A DNA stretch of 64,000 bases, from NCBI RefSeq assembly GCF_009914755.1, contig NC_060940.1. One strand, given 5' to 3'. The notes beneath the pieces were generated by a model, which saw nothing but the letters and a program-made list of their open reading frames with translations, did not search any database and was not told the DNA's origin. This document shows positions 1-14,091 of the stretch, piece by piece. This stretch comes from the human T2T-CHM13v2.0 reference genome, Homo sapiens. A program made the position numbers and the translations under genes. How positions within the stretch are numbered: the first letter of the stretch is position 1; each line of letters begins with the position of its first letter.

Positions 1-73
1 TTCTTGGCTATGGAGAAAACCACATGGGAAGGCAAATTATAATCAACAGTTTGCTTACTACAAATGAAACTAG

Positions 74-200
74 CTTTGCATGGTGTCACATGCCTATAAT
101 CCCAGCTATTCAGGAGGCTGAGACAGGAGGATCACTTTAGTCCAGGAGTTTGAGACCAGCTTGGGCAAAATAGCGAGACTCCATCTCAAAAATGAAATAA
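74..200 (+). mobile_element. Alu-family monomer (FLAM-like)
   Basis: cctataatcccagcta...ggaggatcactt...ccaggagtttgagaccagc...gagactccatctcaaaa; single monomer. Confidence 0.8.
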
Positions 201-519
201 AACTGAACAAAATGAGCTTGATTAACCTCAAATATGGTGGCCACGATGAGTTTGGCCGGAACTCAGGACCTCTGACTTCTTGTTCTGCTGCTGAAGATTA
301 CCATGGGTTCTCAAGGGAAAGGATGTTCTAGGCAAAATCATACTGTTTTTCTATCAAAAGGCATTTGTCCCAAATATAAACCTTATGCCCCATTCTAGGG
401 ACATGCCAAAGTCCTACTCCAAAGGAAGTGACTGCAAGTCTTCTTCCTTGGCTCCTTCCCCCTGTGTTTACTCCTTGATCTTGTGGAAGAACATGGCAAT
501 GCACTGTTCAAATCCCCCT

Positions 520-1245
520 TAGAGAGAAAACACACAGCCCAGCATCAAGGAGTGCAGATAACTGACAGCCTCCAACTGGCAGCAACTTCAGGATGCTCGG
601 CTTGTGAACCAAGGCATAATCTTCTTGGGGTGGCCCCTGGCCAGTGACTGAGCAAGATGGAGTACTAGGACCTGGCCATTTCTGCCCAATGAGGACTTCT
701 GTAATGGCCATCTGTATTAGTATATTCTCGTGCTGCTAATAAAGACATATCTGAGACTGGTAATTTATAAATAAAAGAGGTTTAATGGAATCACAGTTCC
801 ACGTGGCTGGGGAGGCCTCACAATCATGGCAGAAGATGAAAGAAGAGAAAAGGGACTTTTTACATGGTGACAGTCAAGAGAGCTTGTGCAGGGGAACTCC
901 CATTTATAAAACTATCAGATCTCATGAGATTTATTCACTACCACGAGAATAGTATGGGGGAAACCACCCCCATGATTCAATTATCTCAACCTGGCCCCAC
1001 CCTTGATACTTTGAGATTATTACAATTCAAGTTGAGATTTGGGTGGGGACACAGCAAAACTATATCAGCATCCTTTGCTCCAGAGCTCCCTGCTAGGCTG
1101 GCAGAGACCTTGTGAGGTCTGCAATTTGGTTTTACAGCTCCTCCAGCACAACCCTGTCTCTTCTCATTTTCTTTTCACAAGTGTTACTCTCCTCAAAACT
1201 TTTTGCCCTCTAACTCCACTACAGCATTCTAAAGAGACCAGCCTG
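520..1245 (+). mobile_element. ERVL LTR16-like LTR, interrupted by a THE1 LTR at 713-1067
   Basis: Flanks cctggccatttctgcccaat... and ...tttgctccagagctccctgctaggctggcagagacc resemble LTR16 as recalled and join across the THE1; boundaries approximate. Confidence 0.55.
713..1067 (-). mobile_element. THE1/MST (ERVL-MaLR) solo LTR
   Basis: Starts tgtattag, ends tatatca (reverse of the tgatat...ctaataca LTR); flanking 5-mers ccatc/gcatc fit a 5-bp TSD; homologous to 13397-13752. Confidence 0.9.
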
Positions 1246-1261
1246 CAACAGTGCTCTAGAT

Positions 1262-1480
1262 CAGAGATTGGTCAGCAAATCACAACTCATGGCCCAATCC
1301 TGGCTTATAACTTGTTTTCATAAATAAGCTTTTATCAGAACTCAACCATACCTGTTTGTTCATTTACTTATTGTCCATGGCTGCTTTTGCACTACAATGA
1401 CAGGGTTGAGTAGTTGTGACAGATCAATCTAACATTTAAAATATTAGCTATCTGGCCCTTTACAGAAAAAATTGCATGAG
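1262..1480. mobile_element. MER58-like hAT-Charlie non-autonomous DNA transposon
   Basis: ggctgcttttgcactacaatgacagggttgagtagttgtgacag...tggccctttacagaaaaaattgc typical of MER58. Confidence 0.65.
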
Positions 1481-3239
1481 TCAAAAGGTTTAAACCAATT
1501 TGGGTTGGGTTTTCCATTTTTCACAACACCAAAGACCTGGCTTAGATTAAGACTATCTCCAAACCATATCCTCATGACACACTGAGTAATCCAGAGAGGA
1601 GACTGGGATGCCTCAAGACAGGAAGAAAGATGTTGAGAGGGTTCCAGGAAGAGGTGACATGAGTTTGTGCCTCCATGTTCCAAAAGGCCTGGGCAGGAGT
1701 CCTGGCTGCAGGGACTCAGACCTCAGAGATGGATGGTATCTTCATCCCAAAGACCTCTCCTGTGATTGTGGTGCCCTGAGCAGGTATGTTCCCAATTGCA
1801 GTGAAGCAATGCCTTCATGAAACAGTCTGAAGTTATTTCCAAATCCTCAAAGCTGAGCAACTAGGGGAATTTTATTAGACATATTTATTCTATAATCCAG
1901 CATCTCTCAAGACATCCAGGGTTTTCTTTTAAGCTACTTCTCTTTCCTCCCAGACAGGATACTCGTGTGGCTACTCAGATATCAAGAATAAGATGAAAAC
2001 ATCCCTGTTGTGTTGGTTCAAGCCAGCTTAACTGACAGATTCCTCTCCTGCTTCCCTAGCCACTGGTAGATATGCCTGCCTTCTGCCTCCATCAGGTCTG
2101 TGCTAAATCCCTTTATCATGACTACATAAATGTTAGATTGAACAGAATGAGATTCTCAAATATGAGATTCTCAAATTGACACAAGAAGCTTCTGTGGAGG
2201 CATCAGAGACCAGAGACAATTTAGTGAATGAATAAGGCATCACTGTAACCACCCATAGAGTCCATGGGTGCTGGGGATCCTGGGAATAATTTTATCTTTT
2301 AAAGCATGAGGACAACCCAGCAGAACTTTCTGGAAGAGGAAGAAGGAAGGGAAGTGGGATAGCCAAGACCGTCCCCCTTGTACTGGATCTACAGGATCAT
2401 GGAGACCAAAACATGTGGCCCATTTGCAGGACCAGAATGATTGAGATGCATCCTCCTCTGAATGCTGTTGAAGAAGGATCCCACTTCATACCCTGTTCAG
2501 CAAGTTCAGGGGCCCAACATCCCACAAAAAAGTAATATTTTTGCATAAGCCTTCAAAAGCTCATTCAGTTCAATCCAACATTTATATATTCATCACATTT
2601 TCAAGGCATGCACGTTGGATATTTTGACAGGTGTGTCAAACCACTCACCAAAAATGTTGTGCCAAGGTATGCTGTCCTTTTCTCATGCCTTACACTGAAT
2701 ATCTGTGTTTCCTTTTGTGTCAGGGGGAATTAAACTTTCCAGAGATTTGTCTATTTTATACATCACTTCAAAGTTCTGATTCTTGATTTGATTAATCACC
2801 TCCACCAACTTTTTGTTTTGTGATTAATGTTTGCTCTCATCTCTATTAATTGCTTCCTTTCACTTTACTTTTATTTTGCTGTTCATTTTCTACTTATTTT
2901 GAATTCTTAATTCAATTATTCTCAATAACCATATTTATTTTAATAATAACAGCTTTCAAATATGGATTTTGCTAAGAATAACTTTAGTCCCACCCCCTCA
3001 TATGTATTTTTAGACAGTGGGTTTCATTGTCTTAAATGTCTAAATAGCCCACTCTTTCAGTATTGATTTCCACCTTGATAAAAGGTTACTTTTTACATTC
3101 TTTAATTTCCAAGTAGCTATCATTTATCTTAATTTAGGCAAACTCTTGCTGTTAATGAGATCAGGAAATATAATTTATAAACTCGTAACTTGGAGAATTT
3201 GTTACGGACTTCTTTATAACCTGGTACACAGCATTGCAA

Positions 3240-3580
3240 CAGTCAGGGTAGGTCAGGTTAGGCTGCAGTAACAAACGACCAAAAAAAATCTCAGTGGCTT
3301 CAATAACAAAGATTGGTCCCTGCTCATGCTACATGTTTCTGAGCAGTCAGCTGGGAGTTCTTCTTTTTAGAGTCACTCAGGGACTCAAGCCAATGGAAGT
3401 TCCATCTCGACATGTGCTTCTGTGATCACAGAGGTGGAGGAAAGAGAGCATGGCTCTTAAAGCCATTCCTGTGCACATTTCATTGACCAAAAAAATTCAA
3501 ATGCCTGCACTTAAGAGCATGGATGTCTTGTTCTGTAAAAGGAGAAGCACTGAATATTCCTGAATATTCTACCATATGCA
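3240..3580. mobile_element. Old MLT1-type MaLR LTR fragment
   Basis: ttaggctgcagtaacaaac...aaatctcagtggcttcaataacaaag motif; boundaries approximate. Confidence 0.5.
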
Positions 3581-3956
3581 TTTAACAGATGTCTATAAAG
3601 AGCTATGGAGATACCTCCTGCTTATGCCAGGGACTGTCTGGCAGATATTGTTAGTTGGTGACCTGCCTTCCATTCCATTTCCAACCCTCTTTTTCCCATC
3701 TACTTTCCAGCCAGAAGTGACCATGACCCAAATATAAGTAGAAGGGGCAGGTGGCAGGGGTCTCAAAAAAGCGTTTTGCTTTTGCTTTTCTGCTATTGAT
3801 GCTGCCCTGTCTCCCTTCTCCTCCTTCCTGCCTTGACTGCTAATGTGAAAAGGCCAAAGAATCCCAGAAATATTTGCTTTGACATTGTTGAGCATCTGAA
3901 CTAAGGCCAAAGGTGCCTGCCTCCAGACTTCATATATGAAGAGAAAAAATAAAATT

Positions 3957-4263
3957 ACCCAGGTGCAGTGGCTCATGCCTGTGATCCCAGCACTCTGGGA
4001 GGCCAAGGCAGGTGGATCACTTGAGGCCAGGAGTTCAAGACCAGCCTGGGAAGCATAGCAAGACACCATCTCTAAATTTTTTTTTTTAATTAGCAAGGCA
4101 CGGTGGTGCAGGCCTGTAGTCCCAGCTGCTCAGGAGACTGACGAGGGAGAATCACTTGGGCCCAGGAGTTTGAGGCTGCAATGAGCCAAGATTGCACCAC
4201 TGCACTCCAGCCTGGGTGACAGAGCAAGAACCTGTCTCCAAACAAACAAACAAACAAACAAAA
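3957..4263 (+). mobile_element. Alu (AluJ-like)
   Basis: Dimeric Alu with (CAAA)n tail. Confidence 0.92.
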
Positions 4264-4568
4264 GACTCATATTTGTATAAGCCATTGTGGTTGAATTTCT
4301 TGTTACTTTCATCTGAATGCATTTCTGAGCGATAAAAGAATTCAGCATGTAAACAAGACAAACCGTTACCACCCTCAGTGACTAATAATCCTTTGGAAGT
4401 ATTCTGTGAGCAACTGAAAAGGGTGCTAAATATGCATTTCTAAATACAGCCATACCTCAGAGATATCATGGGCTCAGTTCCAAGGCAACCACAACAAAGC
4501 GAATATTGCAACAAAACAAGTCGCATGCATTTTTTTTTTATTTCCCAGGGCATATAAAACTTACATTG

Positions 4569-4892
4569 GGCTGGACACAGTGGTTCACTCCTATAATCCC
4601 AACACTTTGGAAGCCAAGGCAGGAGGATTGCTTGAGGCCAGGAGTTCGAGACCAGCCTGGGCAACATACAAAGACCCTGTTTCTACAAAAAAAAAAAAAA
4701 AAAAAAAAAATGTAATTAGCCAAGCATAGTCACACATACCTGTAGTCCCAGCTACTCAGGAGACTGAGATGGGGGGTTCACTTGAGCCCAGAAGGTCAAG
4801 GCTGCAGTGAGCTGTGATCATGCCACTGCACTCCAGCCCCGGCAACAGAATGAGACTGTCTGAAACAGGCAAACAAACAACAACAACAACAA
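4569..4892 (+). mobile_element. Alu (AluJ-like) inside Tigger1
   Basis: Dimeric Alu with long middle A-run and (CAA)n tail. Confidence 0.92.
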
Positions 4893-5323
4893 AGTTATAT
4901 TTATATTATACTGTAGTCTATTAAGTGTGTGATAGCATTATGTCTTTTAAAAATATACATACCTGAATTTAAGAATACTTTATTGCAAAAAACATGATAA
5001 CAACCATCTGAATCTTCAGCAAGTTGTAATCTTTTTGTTGGTTAAGGTTCTTGCCTCGATGCAAATGGCTGCTGACTGATCAGATCAGGGTGGTGGTTGT
5101 GGAACATTGGGGTGGCTGTGGCAAGTTCTTAAGATAAAACAACAATAAAGTTTGCTATATCAATCGACTCTTCCTTTCAGGAAAGATTTCTCTGTACCAT
5201 GTGATACTGTTTGATAGCATGTTACCCACAGTAGAACTTTTTTCAAAATTGGAGTTAACTTTATCAAACTCTGCCACTGCTTTATCAACTGAGTTTACAA
5301 AATATTCTAAATTCTTTGTTGTC

Positions 5324-5655
<332 letters not shown>

Positions 5656-7051
5656 TCATTTCAACAATGTTCACAGCATCTTTACTAGGAGTAGATTCCA
5701 TCTTAAGAAACCACTTTCTTTGCTAATCCATAAGAAGCAACTCCTCATCCATTCAAGTTTGATTATGAGATTGCAGCAATTCAGTCACATCTTCAGCCTC
5801 CACTTCTAATTTTAGTTTTCTTGCTATTTCTACCACATCTGGCACAATCACAGCTTGCTTCCTCCACTGAAGTCTTGAACTAGTTACAGTCATCCAGGAG
5901 GACTAGAAACAACTTCTTCCAGATTTCTGTTAATGTTGATATTTTGACCTCCATGAATCAAGAATATTCTTAATGGCATCTAGAATGGTGAATCCTTTCC
6001 ACAAGGTTTTCAATGTACTTTACCCAGATTAATCAGAGGATTCACTATCTACAGAAGCTATAGTCTTACAAAATGAATTTCCTAAATAGTAAGACTTGAA
6101 AGTCAACATTACTCCTTAATCCAAGGCTGCAGAATGGATGTTATGTTAGCAGGCATGAAAATAACATTAATTTCCTTGTTCATCTCCATCAGAGCTCTTG
6201 GGTGACTAGGTGTACTGTCTATTAGCAAGAATATTTTGACAGCAATCTTTTTTTTCTGAGCAATAAGTCTCAATAGTCAGCTCAAAATATTCAGTAAACC
6301 ATGCTATAAACAGATATGCTGCCATTCAGGCTTTGATGTTCCATTTATGGAGCACAGGCATGGTAGATTTCACATAATTATTAGGGCCCTAGGAGTTTGG
6401 AAATGGTAAATGGCTTCATCTTAAAGTCATCAACTGCATTAGCCACTAACAAGAGAGTCAGCCCGTCCTTCAAAGCTTTGAAGCCAGGCTTTGACTTCTT
6501 CTCTCTACCTCTAAAAGTCTTAGATAGACAGCATCTTCCTCCAATAAAAGGCTGTTTCATCTACAATGATAATTTGTTGTTCAGTGTAGCCACCTTCCCA
6601 AAATGATCTTAGCTAGATCTTCTGGATAACTTGCTGTAGCTTCTCCATCAGCACTTGCTGCTTCACCTTGCACTTTTATGTTATGGAAATGGCTTCCTTC
6701 CTTGCGCCTTGTGACCCCTGCTAGTTTCAAACTTTTTTCTGTAGCTTCTTCACCCCTTTCAGCCTTCACAAAATTGAAGAGAGTTAGGGCCTTGCTCCGG
6801 ATTATGTTTTGGCTTAAGGGAATATTGTGGCTGGTGTGATCTTCTATCCAGATCTTTCTCCATATCAGCAATAAGGCTGTTTCTCTTTCTTATCATTTGT
6901 GTGCTCACTGGAGTTGCAATTTTAATTTCCTTCAAGAACTTTTCCCTTGCATCCTGAAGTTGGCTGATTGTTTGGTGCAAGTGGCCTAGCTTTCAGTCTG
7001 TCTATCTCAGCTTTCTACATGCCTCCCTCACTAGGCTTACTCATTTCGCGT

Positions 7052-7243
7052 TTTGTTGTTGTTGTTGCTTGTTTTTTTTTTTTTTTTAATTATTTTTAGA
7101 GACAGGGTCTCACTATCGCCCAGGCTGGAGCACAGTGGTACAATCATAGCTCACCGCAGCCTAAAACTCCCGGGCTCAAGTGATCCTCTCACCTCAGCCT
7201 CCCACGTAGCTGGAACTACAGGTGTGTGCCACCATGCCTGGCT
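7052..7243 (-). mobile_element. Alu right monomer (FRAM or 5'-truncated AluJ) inserted near the start of the Tigger1 transposase
   Basis: Right-arm sequence only; ctcatttc on both sides; transposase reading stops after ...KLEM. Confidence 0.85.
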
Positions 7244-8464
7244 CATTTCTAGTTTTTGATCTAAAGTAAGAGACATGAGATTCCTCCTTTCACTTGAACA
7301 TTTAGAGGCCATTGTATGGTTATTAACTGACCTAATTTCAATATTGTTGTGTCTCGGGGAATAGGAAGGTCTGAGAAGAGGGAGACAGACCAAGGAACAG
7401 TGGGTGGAGGAGTCAAAGCACACAGAGCATTTATCAATTAAGTTCACCATCTTATATGAGTGCGGTTGGTGGCACCCCCCCCCCCTCAAAATTACAATGG
7501 TAACATCAAAGATCACTGATAACAGATCACAATAACAGATATAATAATAATGAAAATGTTTGAAATATTGTGCAAATTGCCAAAGTGTGACATAGAGACA
7601 TACATGCCGTTGGAAAAATGGTGTCGATAGAGTTCCTCAATGCGGGGTTGCCACAAACTTTCAACTGGTAAAAAACACAGTATCTGCCAAAAGCAATAAA
7701 GCAAGATGCAATAAAACAAGGTGTGTCTATATGCAAAAGAGTTTATATGGTTTCCAGATTATCATTATCTATTAAAAACATACTATGAGAGAAAACAAGA
7801 TTAGCAAAATGTTGACAACTGTTGAGCTGAGTGATGGGTAAATAGGGATCCATTATATTTTTTATTTTATATATGAAAAATTTTATAATAAAATATACAT
7901 TTTCTTCACAAAAATTCAACTTTTTCCAATAAAACATTATCAGTTATAATAGGCTTAACAACCATACTAATTTAGCCAACTCTAACTTTCACCTATTTAT
8001 TGACTCAACACCGTACCTTTTTAAAATAACAGCCTTATTGAGATATGATTCCCATACCATATAATGGACCCATTTAAAGTATACACTGCAATCATTTTTA
8101 CTATATTCAAAGTTGTGCAACCATGCTGTAGAATCTACAATAGATTCTACAGTCTATTGTAGAATATTTTCATCACTCCAACAAGAATCCCTGTACCTAT
8201 TAGAAGTACTTCCTATTTCAACCCACTCCTCTCTCCTTCCTCCTCCCCCAACCCACAGCCCTGGACAACTACTCATCTGTTTTTCTTTCCCTATGGATCT
8301 GCCTATTCTGGGTATTTCATATAAATGAAATCATACATCATGTGGTCTTTTGTGACTAGCTTCTTTCAGTTAGTAGGTTTTCAAGGTTCATCCATTTGTA
8401 GCATATGTCAGTACTTCTATTTCTTTTTATTCCTGAAAATGATTCCACTGTATGACTATAGCAC

Positions 8465-8910
8465 TTTTTTTTCAACTTTTAAGTTCCGGGGTACATGTGC
8501 AGAATGTGCAGGTTTGTTACAAAGGTAGACGTATGCCATGGTGGTTGGCTGCACAGATCAACCCATCCCCTAGGTATTAAGCCCAGCATCCATTAGCTAT
8601 TCTTCCTGATGCTCTCCCTCCCCATTCCCAGACAGGCCACAGTGTGTATTGTTCCCCATGATGTGTCCATGTGTTCTCATCATTCAGCTCCCACTTATAA
8701 GTGAGAACATGCAGTGTTTGGTTTTCTTTTCCTGCGTTAGTTTGCTGAGGATAACAGCTTCCAGCTCCATCCATGTCCCTGCAAAAGACATGATCTCATT
8801 CCTTTTTATGGCTGCATAGTATTCCATGGTGTATATGTGCCACATTTTCTTTATCCAGTCTATCATTGATGGACATTTGGGTTGATTCCTTGTCTTTGCT
8901 ATTGTGAATA
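8465..8910 (-). mobile_element. L1PA/PB 3' end (5'-truncated)
   Basis: Poly-T then aagttccggggtacatgtgcag...; ORF track gives WIKKMWHIYTMEYYAAIKRNEIMSFAGTWMELE (L1 ORF2 end and downstream). Confidence 0.88.
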
Positions 8911-9415
8911 ATATAGCACATTTCTTAATTCATTCATTGGTAAATGGACATTTGGTTATTTCTTTATGTATTTATTTTGGCTATTATGAATAGTGCTACC
9001 ATCTGTGTACAAGTTTTTATTTGAACACGTTTCCAATTCTCTTGGGTGTATCTAGGAGTGCAATTGCTGGGTTGTTTCATAACTCTATGTTTAACCTTTT
9101 GAGGAACTGCCAGGCTGTTCCCAAAGCATCATTTTACATTTCCACCAACAGTGTATGAGTGTTCTAATTTCCCCATATCCTCTCCAACCCTTGTTATTAT
9201 CTGCCTTTTTAATTATTTTCATTCTAATGGGTGTGAAATGGTATCACATTGTGCATTTAACTTGCATTTCCCTGATGGCTAATGATGTTGGCATCTTTTC
9301 ATCTGCTTTACTGCCCATGTGTATACCTTCTTTGGGGGACTGTCTATTCAGACTATCCATTTTTAACTTGGGTTATTTGTCTTTGCAAAATTGGGTTGTA
9401 AGAGTTGTTTATATA

Positions 9416-9968
9416 AGAGCTAAAAATAGAACTACCATTCACTCCAGCAATCCCACTACTGGGTGTCGACCCACAGAAAAAGAAATCATTGTATAAAAAA
9501 ACACCTGCACTTGTATGTTTATCGCAGCACTATCCACAATAACAAAGTCATGGAATCAACCTAAGTGTCCATCAATCCATGATAGGATGAAGAAAATGTA
9601 GTATATATATATATATATATATACACCATGGAATACTACTCAGCCATATAAAAGAATAAAATCATGCCTTTTGCAGCAACTTGGATGGAACTGGGGGCCA
9701 TTATCCTAAGTGAAATAAGTCAAAGTCATATACCACATGTTCTCACTTATAAGTGGGAGCTAGACACTGTGTACACACGGACATACAGAGTGTAAGAATA
9801 GACACTGAAGACTCCAAAAGGTGGCAAGGTGGGAGGGTGGTGAGGGATGAAAAATTATCTATTTGGTATAATGTACACTATTGATTACACCAAAAGCCCA
9901 GACTTCACCACTGTGAAATATATCCATGTAACAAAGCTACACTGTACCCCTAAATGTATAAAAATAAA
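9416..9968 (+). mobile_element. L1MA/PB 3' end
   Basis: gaactaccattc...ccagcaatcccactactggg...gaatactactcagccat...aaaataaa; contains (TA)n at ~9602-9622. Confidence 0.85.
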
Positions 9969-12719
9969 GAGATTTTATATACATGCTTGTATATAAAGAG
10001 TTTTTCAAGTTCTTTATTAGACATATGACTTGCAAAAACTATGACTACCCCGCTTTGGGGGTTGCCTTTTCACTTTTTGATGATGTCCTTTGAAGCACAA
10101 AAGTTGTTAATTTTGATGATTGTCAGATTTATCTGTTTTTTCTTCTGTTGTTTGTGCTTTTAGTGTCATATCTAAGAAACCATTGTCTACACCAAAGTCA
10201 AAACACATCTGTTTTCTTCTAAGACATTAATAGTCTTAGCACTTACATTCAGGTATTTAATCCATTCACATTTGATGTTCTTGTGGATATAGCCGAAACT
10301 ACTATTTTCTGAATATCATGTCTTCCCTTTGTTAAATTACTTATTTTGATTTTTAGAATTTTTCTGGAGAGGCACCTCAAGTAAATTTCTTATATGTGGA
10401 TGGTATCTTTTATGAGTTCTTGACTGTCTAAAAATTTTTTTTTATTTTTATGCAAAAACAATAGTTTGGGAGGGTATGGAATTCTGGGGTCATAGTCCTT
10501 TTTCTTCAGAACTCTGTAAACTCTTTCCCTTTGCCTTCTAACATTTTGTGTTGCAGGAGAACAATTCAATGCCAGTCTATTTTTTTCCTTTTTTAATAGT
10601 TACATTTATACTTATCTGATTTTAATATTTTTTATGTTAGAATTTATTAAAATTCACAAACTATGTCCAAGTGCAGTTCTTTTTTCAATTAATCTTGAAC
10701 ATAATCCGGGAGCCCTTTTGACATAAGGATTTAAGTATTCAGATTAAGAACATTTTCTTCTTCGATTATTTCTTGTCCTCCATTACTTCATTGTGTATTT
10801 CTATAACTCCTTTTACATAAATATTGAGTCATTTGACCTAGTCTCATATTTGTCTTTTATGACTTTTATGTCTTTTTTTTTTACTAAGTTCTAGAAGAAT
10901 TTCTTGATAAAGCCTTTCATTCATTAATTTGACTATACTATTCGATTTTTTCCCAATTATACTTTGTGTCTCCAAAAATTCCTTTTGCATCTCTGATAAT
11001 ACCATGGTCTCTTGCTTTTGCTTATGTCATTGCCTTATCCTTCCAAATCTCACTGCAGTCACTTGGCTTTACAACATGTTACTTGTTTTCACAGTAGTTC
11101 CCCTCTTTTATTCTGTTGGACTTTTTTCACGTATCTGGAGATTTTTCTCAGAAATAAGGTCAGGATAGTTCAATGCCAGTAGCTGAGAGTGTGCTTCATT
11201 AACAATTCTTCATGTTGATGAATTCTGAGACCAAAGAGAAGGAAATTCTATGTTGTTTGATCTTTGGATTGTTTATCTAACTGACCTTAGTTGCAGAAAA
11301 TTGAGATAAACATACCTCACTTTATGACATATTATTATCTTCAGTCTGTGAAAAGCCTCCTCCTCTTATTTCACTTACAGACGTATTTCGTTTTTTCCCC
11401 GCCGAGGGTTTTCATAACTTCTCCACTGACTGCCTGGAAGGTCCTCATCCTAGCAGGACCCCCACTCTCTGCCTTTACAGCTTGAGTGCAGGTCTATCAC
11501 TGCAGAATCCCCACTCCCCCTAGAGCCTCCATCCACTATTGGAAGCTCAGGACTTGCCCTGTTGGTCATTCTGCACCTACTAATCCTTGTGTCTATCCCC
11601 TTACTGATTCGACAGATGCCATGGAGTTTAGAGAGGTTGGAGGTGAGGGAATCATTTTACCACTTTCTTGGCAAGTATTCAAGTATCTTCTCAAGGCAGT
11701 AGGTTCCAGTGGGCCATTCCCTCCCCGACAATGAGCTTGCTACTGATGCCTTTTGTGATTTTAGGTGTGGAAGGACTCCACTTCTATTTCTACTACCGGC
11801 TTAGAGCTTTTCCTTTTATTTAAGCTAGGACACTTCAATGGGAGACTGAAAGAGAGGAAGAGTCAGGTGCATGGCTTGAAGTTATCTATTTTGTAAAATC
11901 CTTTTTTCTAGCTTATTTCTTCACTATACCATCAGAGGGGAAAGCCTAAATCATAAAACTTAAAATGATACTAAAATTACCCCCCCTCGTTATTAAGAGA
12001 AAGGCTGCTAATGGCTAATATTCCTCTCTTATTTTTCTGATATACCTGAGCAAAGTAGAAAAATACAAATGCTTCTCTGTGAATAATGTGAGTCAACAGG
12101 ATTATTCAATTTATATCTTTCTCTCCATCTGACTGTAAGCTAAATAAAGGCAAAGAACATATCAGTTTTTGCTCTACACTATAGTTCCATGGTTTGGTAT
12201 ACTGTAGTTGATGCCTAGTAGGCATTCATGGAATATTTGTTGGATGAATGAGCAAATCACCTTCAGCAAAACCATGGGCAGCAAAACCATGAAATCGACA
12301 ATGAAATGTATAGCGTTTGCTGGAACTGCAGTTCCATGTTTTGTCCACAGGAACAGAGCATGGAGTCTGGCTGCAGATAACTGTTTCCTGGTGGTAATGG
12401 GACAAAGGGGCCAAGGAATCACGTCCTGTTCCCCCTGCCCTGGCAGGCTTTGTACAACAAACCTAGAACCTGAGCCCATTGAAAGCACACCTGCAGGAGA
12501 CACAAGGGCCAAAGAACAGTGTGACGTGGCAATTGTGATCGATGCTGTAGATCAGGGTGCAGGAAAGAAAGAGGCATTTGATAGTGTGGTTGGAGCGGGG
12601 GTTGGCCTGGTCACTGAGTCAAGGAAAGCTTTCTTGGGACTTGGGATTCAGATTCAGTAGGTGACAAAGGGAGGGAAAAGCCTTTCTACTCTTCCTTCTG
12701 GCCTTATTCTCTTCTCTCT

Positions 12720-13180
12720 CCTCTTTCTACTCGTCCCGCCCTCTTCCTAGAATTCGGGAGAGTGACACAATTAGTGCCAAATGGAGTTGGGTATTGACCC
12801 AATAATATGATAAATTAAATAAATAATCGGCTTTTTTTTTTCCTCTCACATGCCCAGATGGAAGTAGTCCAGACCTGGGAGATGGCAATAACCTCCCTGA
12901 CATGTGGCTTCCATTTCTGGGTCCTGGGCAGCTGCTCCAGATATTTGCCATTTCTCCCCAACCAGCAAGAATGGGGAAAGAGTGGAAGAGAAGGGCGCCC
13001 AGCTTCTTTTTAAAGATGTGATCTGGAAGTTGGACATATTAAGTCCTTTCACACCTTCCTGGCCAGAATGTAGTCACATGACCATACCTATCCACAGGAA
13101 GGCTGGGAAATGTGGCCTCTAGTAGGGCAGAAAAGAACAGATTATGGAGGAAAACCAGCAGTGTCTACTGCAGTGGGCAA
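12720..13180. mobile_element. Old MLT1-type LTR fragment
   Basis: gtcacatgaccatacct...ggaaggctgggaaatgtggcct motif; approximate. Confidence 0.45.
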
Positions 13181-13208
13181 GATCTTCAGCCAAACAATTA
13201 TTTTTTTA

Positions 13209-13325
13209 ATATATATATGTGTTATATATTTATATATGTTATATATAATCATACATAAAACATATATAATATATATTTTTATATAAATTATATATTTATA
13301 TATAACTATAGTTATATTTTTTATG

Positions 13326-13360
<35 letters not shown>
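13209..13360. repeat. AT-rich low-complexity tract ending in (TA)n
   Basis: Directly visible. Confidence 0.95.
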
Positions 13361-13365
<5 letters not shown>

Positions 13366-13396
13366 CCAAAGAAATAAATTTATCTCTCAATGCCTC

Positions 13397-13752
13397 TGAT
13401 ATGGTTTGGCTGTGTCCCCACCCAAATCTCACCTTGAATTGTAATAATCTCCATGTGTCAAGGGTGGGGCCAGATGGAGAAAACTGAATCATGGGGGCGG
13501 TTTCCCCCATACTGTTCTTGTGATAGTAAATAAGTCTCATGAGATTTGATGGTTTTATAAATGGGAATTCCCCTGCACACGCTCTCTTGCCCGCCACCAT
13601 GTAAGACATGTCTTTGCTCCTCCCTCACCTTCCACCATGACTGTGAGGCCTCCCCAGCCATGTGGAATTGTGAGTACATTAAAACTCTTTCCTTTATAAA
13701 TTACCCAGTCTCAGGTATGTCTTTATCAGCAGTGTGAGAACAGACTAATACA
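13397..13752 (+). mobile_element. THE1B/C (ERVL-MaLR) solo LTR
   Basis: tgatatggtttggctgtgtccccacccaaatctc...cagactaataca, 356 bp. Confidence 0.93.
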
Positions 13753-14091
13753 GTCTGTTAACACTTGCCTAAATGTCCACAGAAGTTCCTATTTCTTGGG
13801 CTACAGCAGGAAAGCTGATGCCCCATCCAGCCCCAAAGTACAGTGAATACTCTCCCCAAGTTTTCTCAAACCCCTGCCATTTTGAACCACTTTTACCATT
13901 CCTACCACAGTTTCATCCCTGTCCCATGCAAAATCACATCACAGCCCTTATACCAAAGGTGCACACATACCTCCTGTCAGGCCCACACACCTCCTGCAGA
14001 TTCTCCTCACTCATTCATTACCTCTTCCCTTGTGTAATAGAAAAAAAATGTATTCCAGAATTAAATATTGCAATAATCAGAGTACCTTAAG

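Larger units (their letters stand above)
8020..11000 (-). mobile_element. Old L1M fragments hosting two younger L1 3' ends
   Basis: L1 3'UTR/ORF2-type text (gtggtcttttgtgactagcttctttc, ctctatgtttaaccttttgaggaactgcc, gatgtcctttgaagcacaaaag); boundaries approximate. Confidence 0.7.

Noticed and set aside
2147-2176. 15-bp tandem duplication atgagattctcaaat x2 (similar 14-bp case at 57301-57328)
   Set aside because: Two-copy slippage duplication; not a CRISPR or functional array
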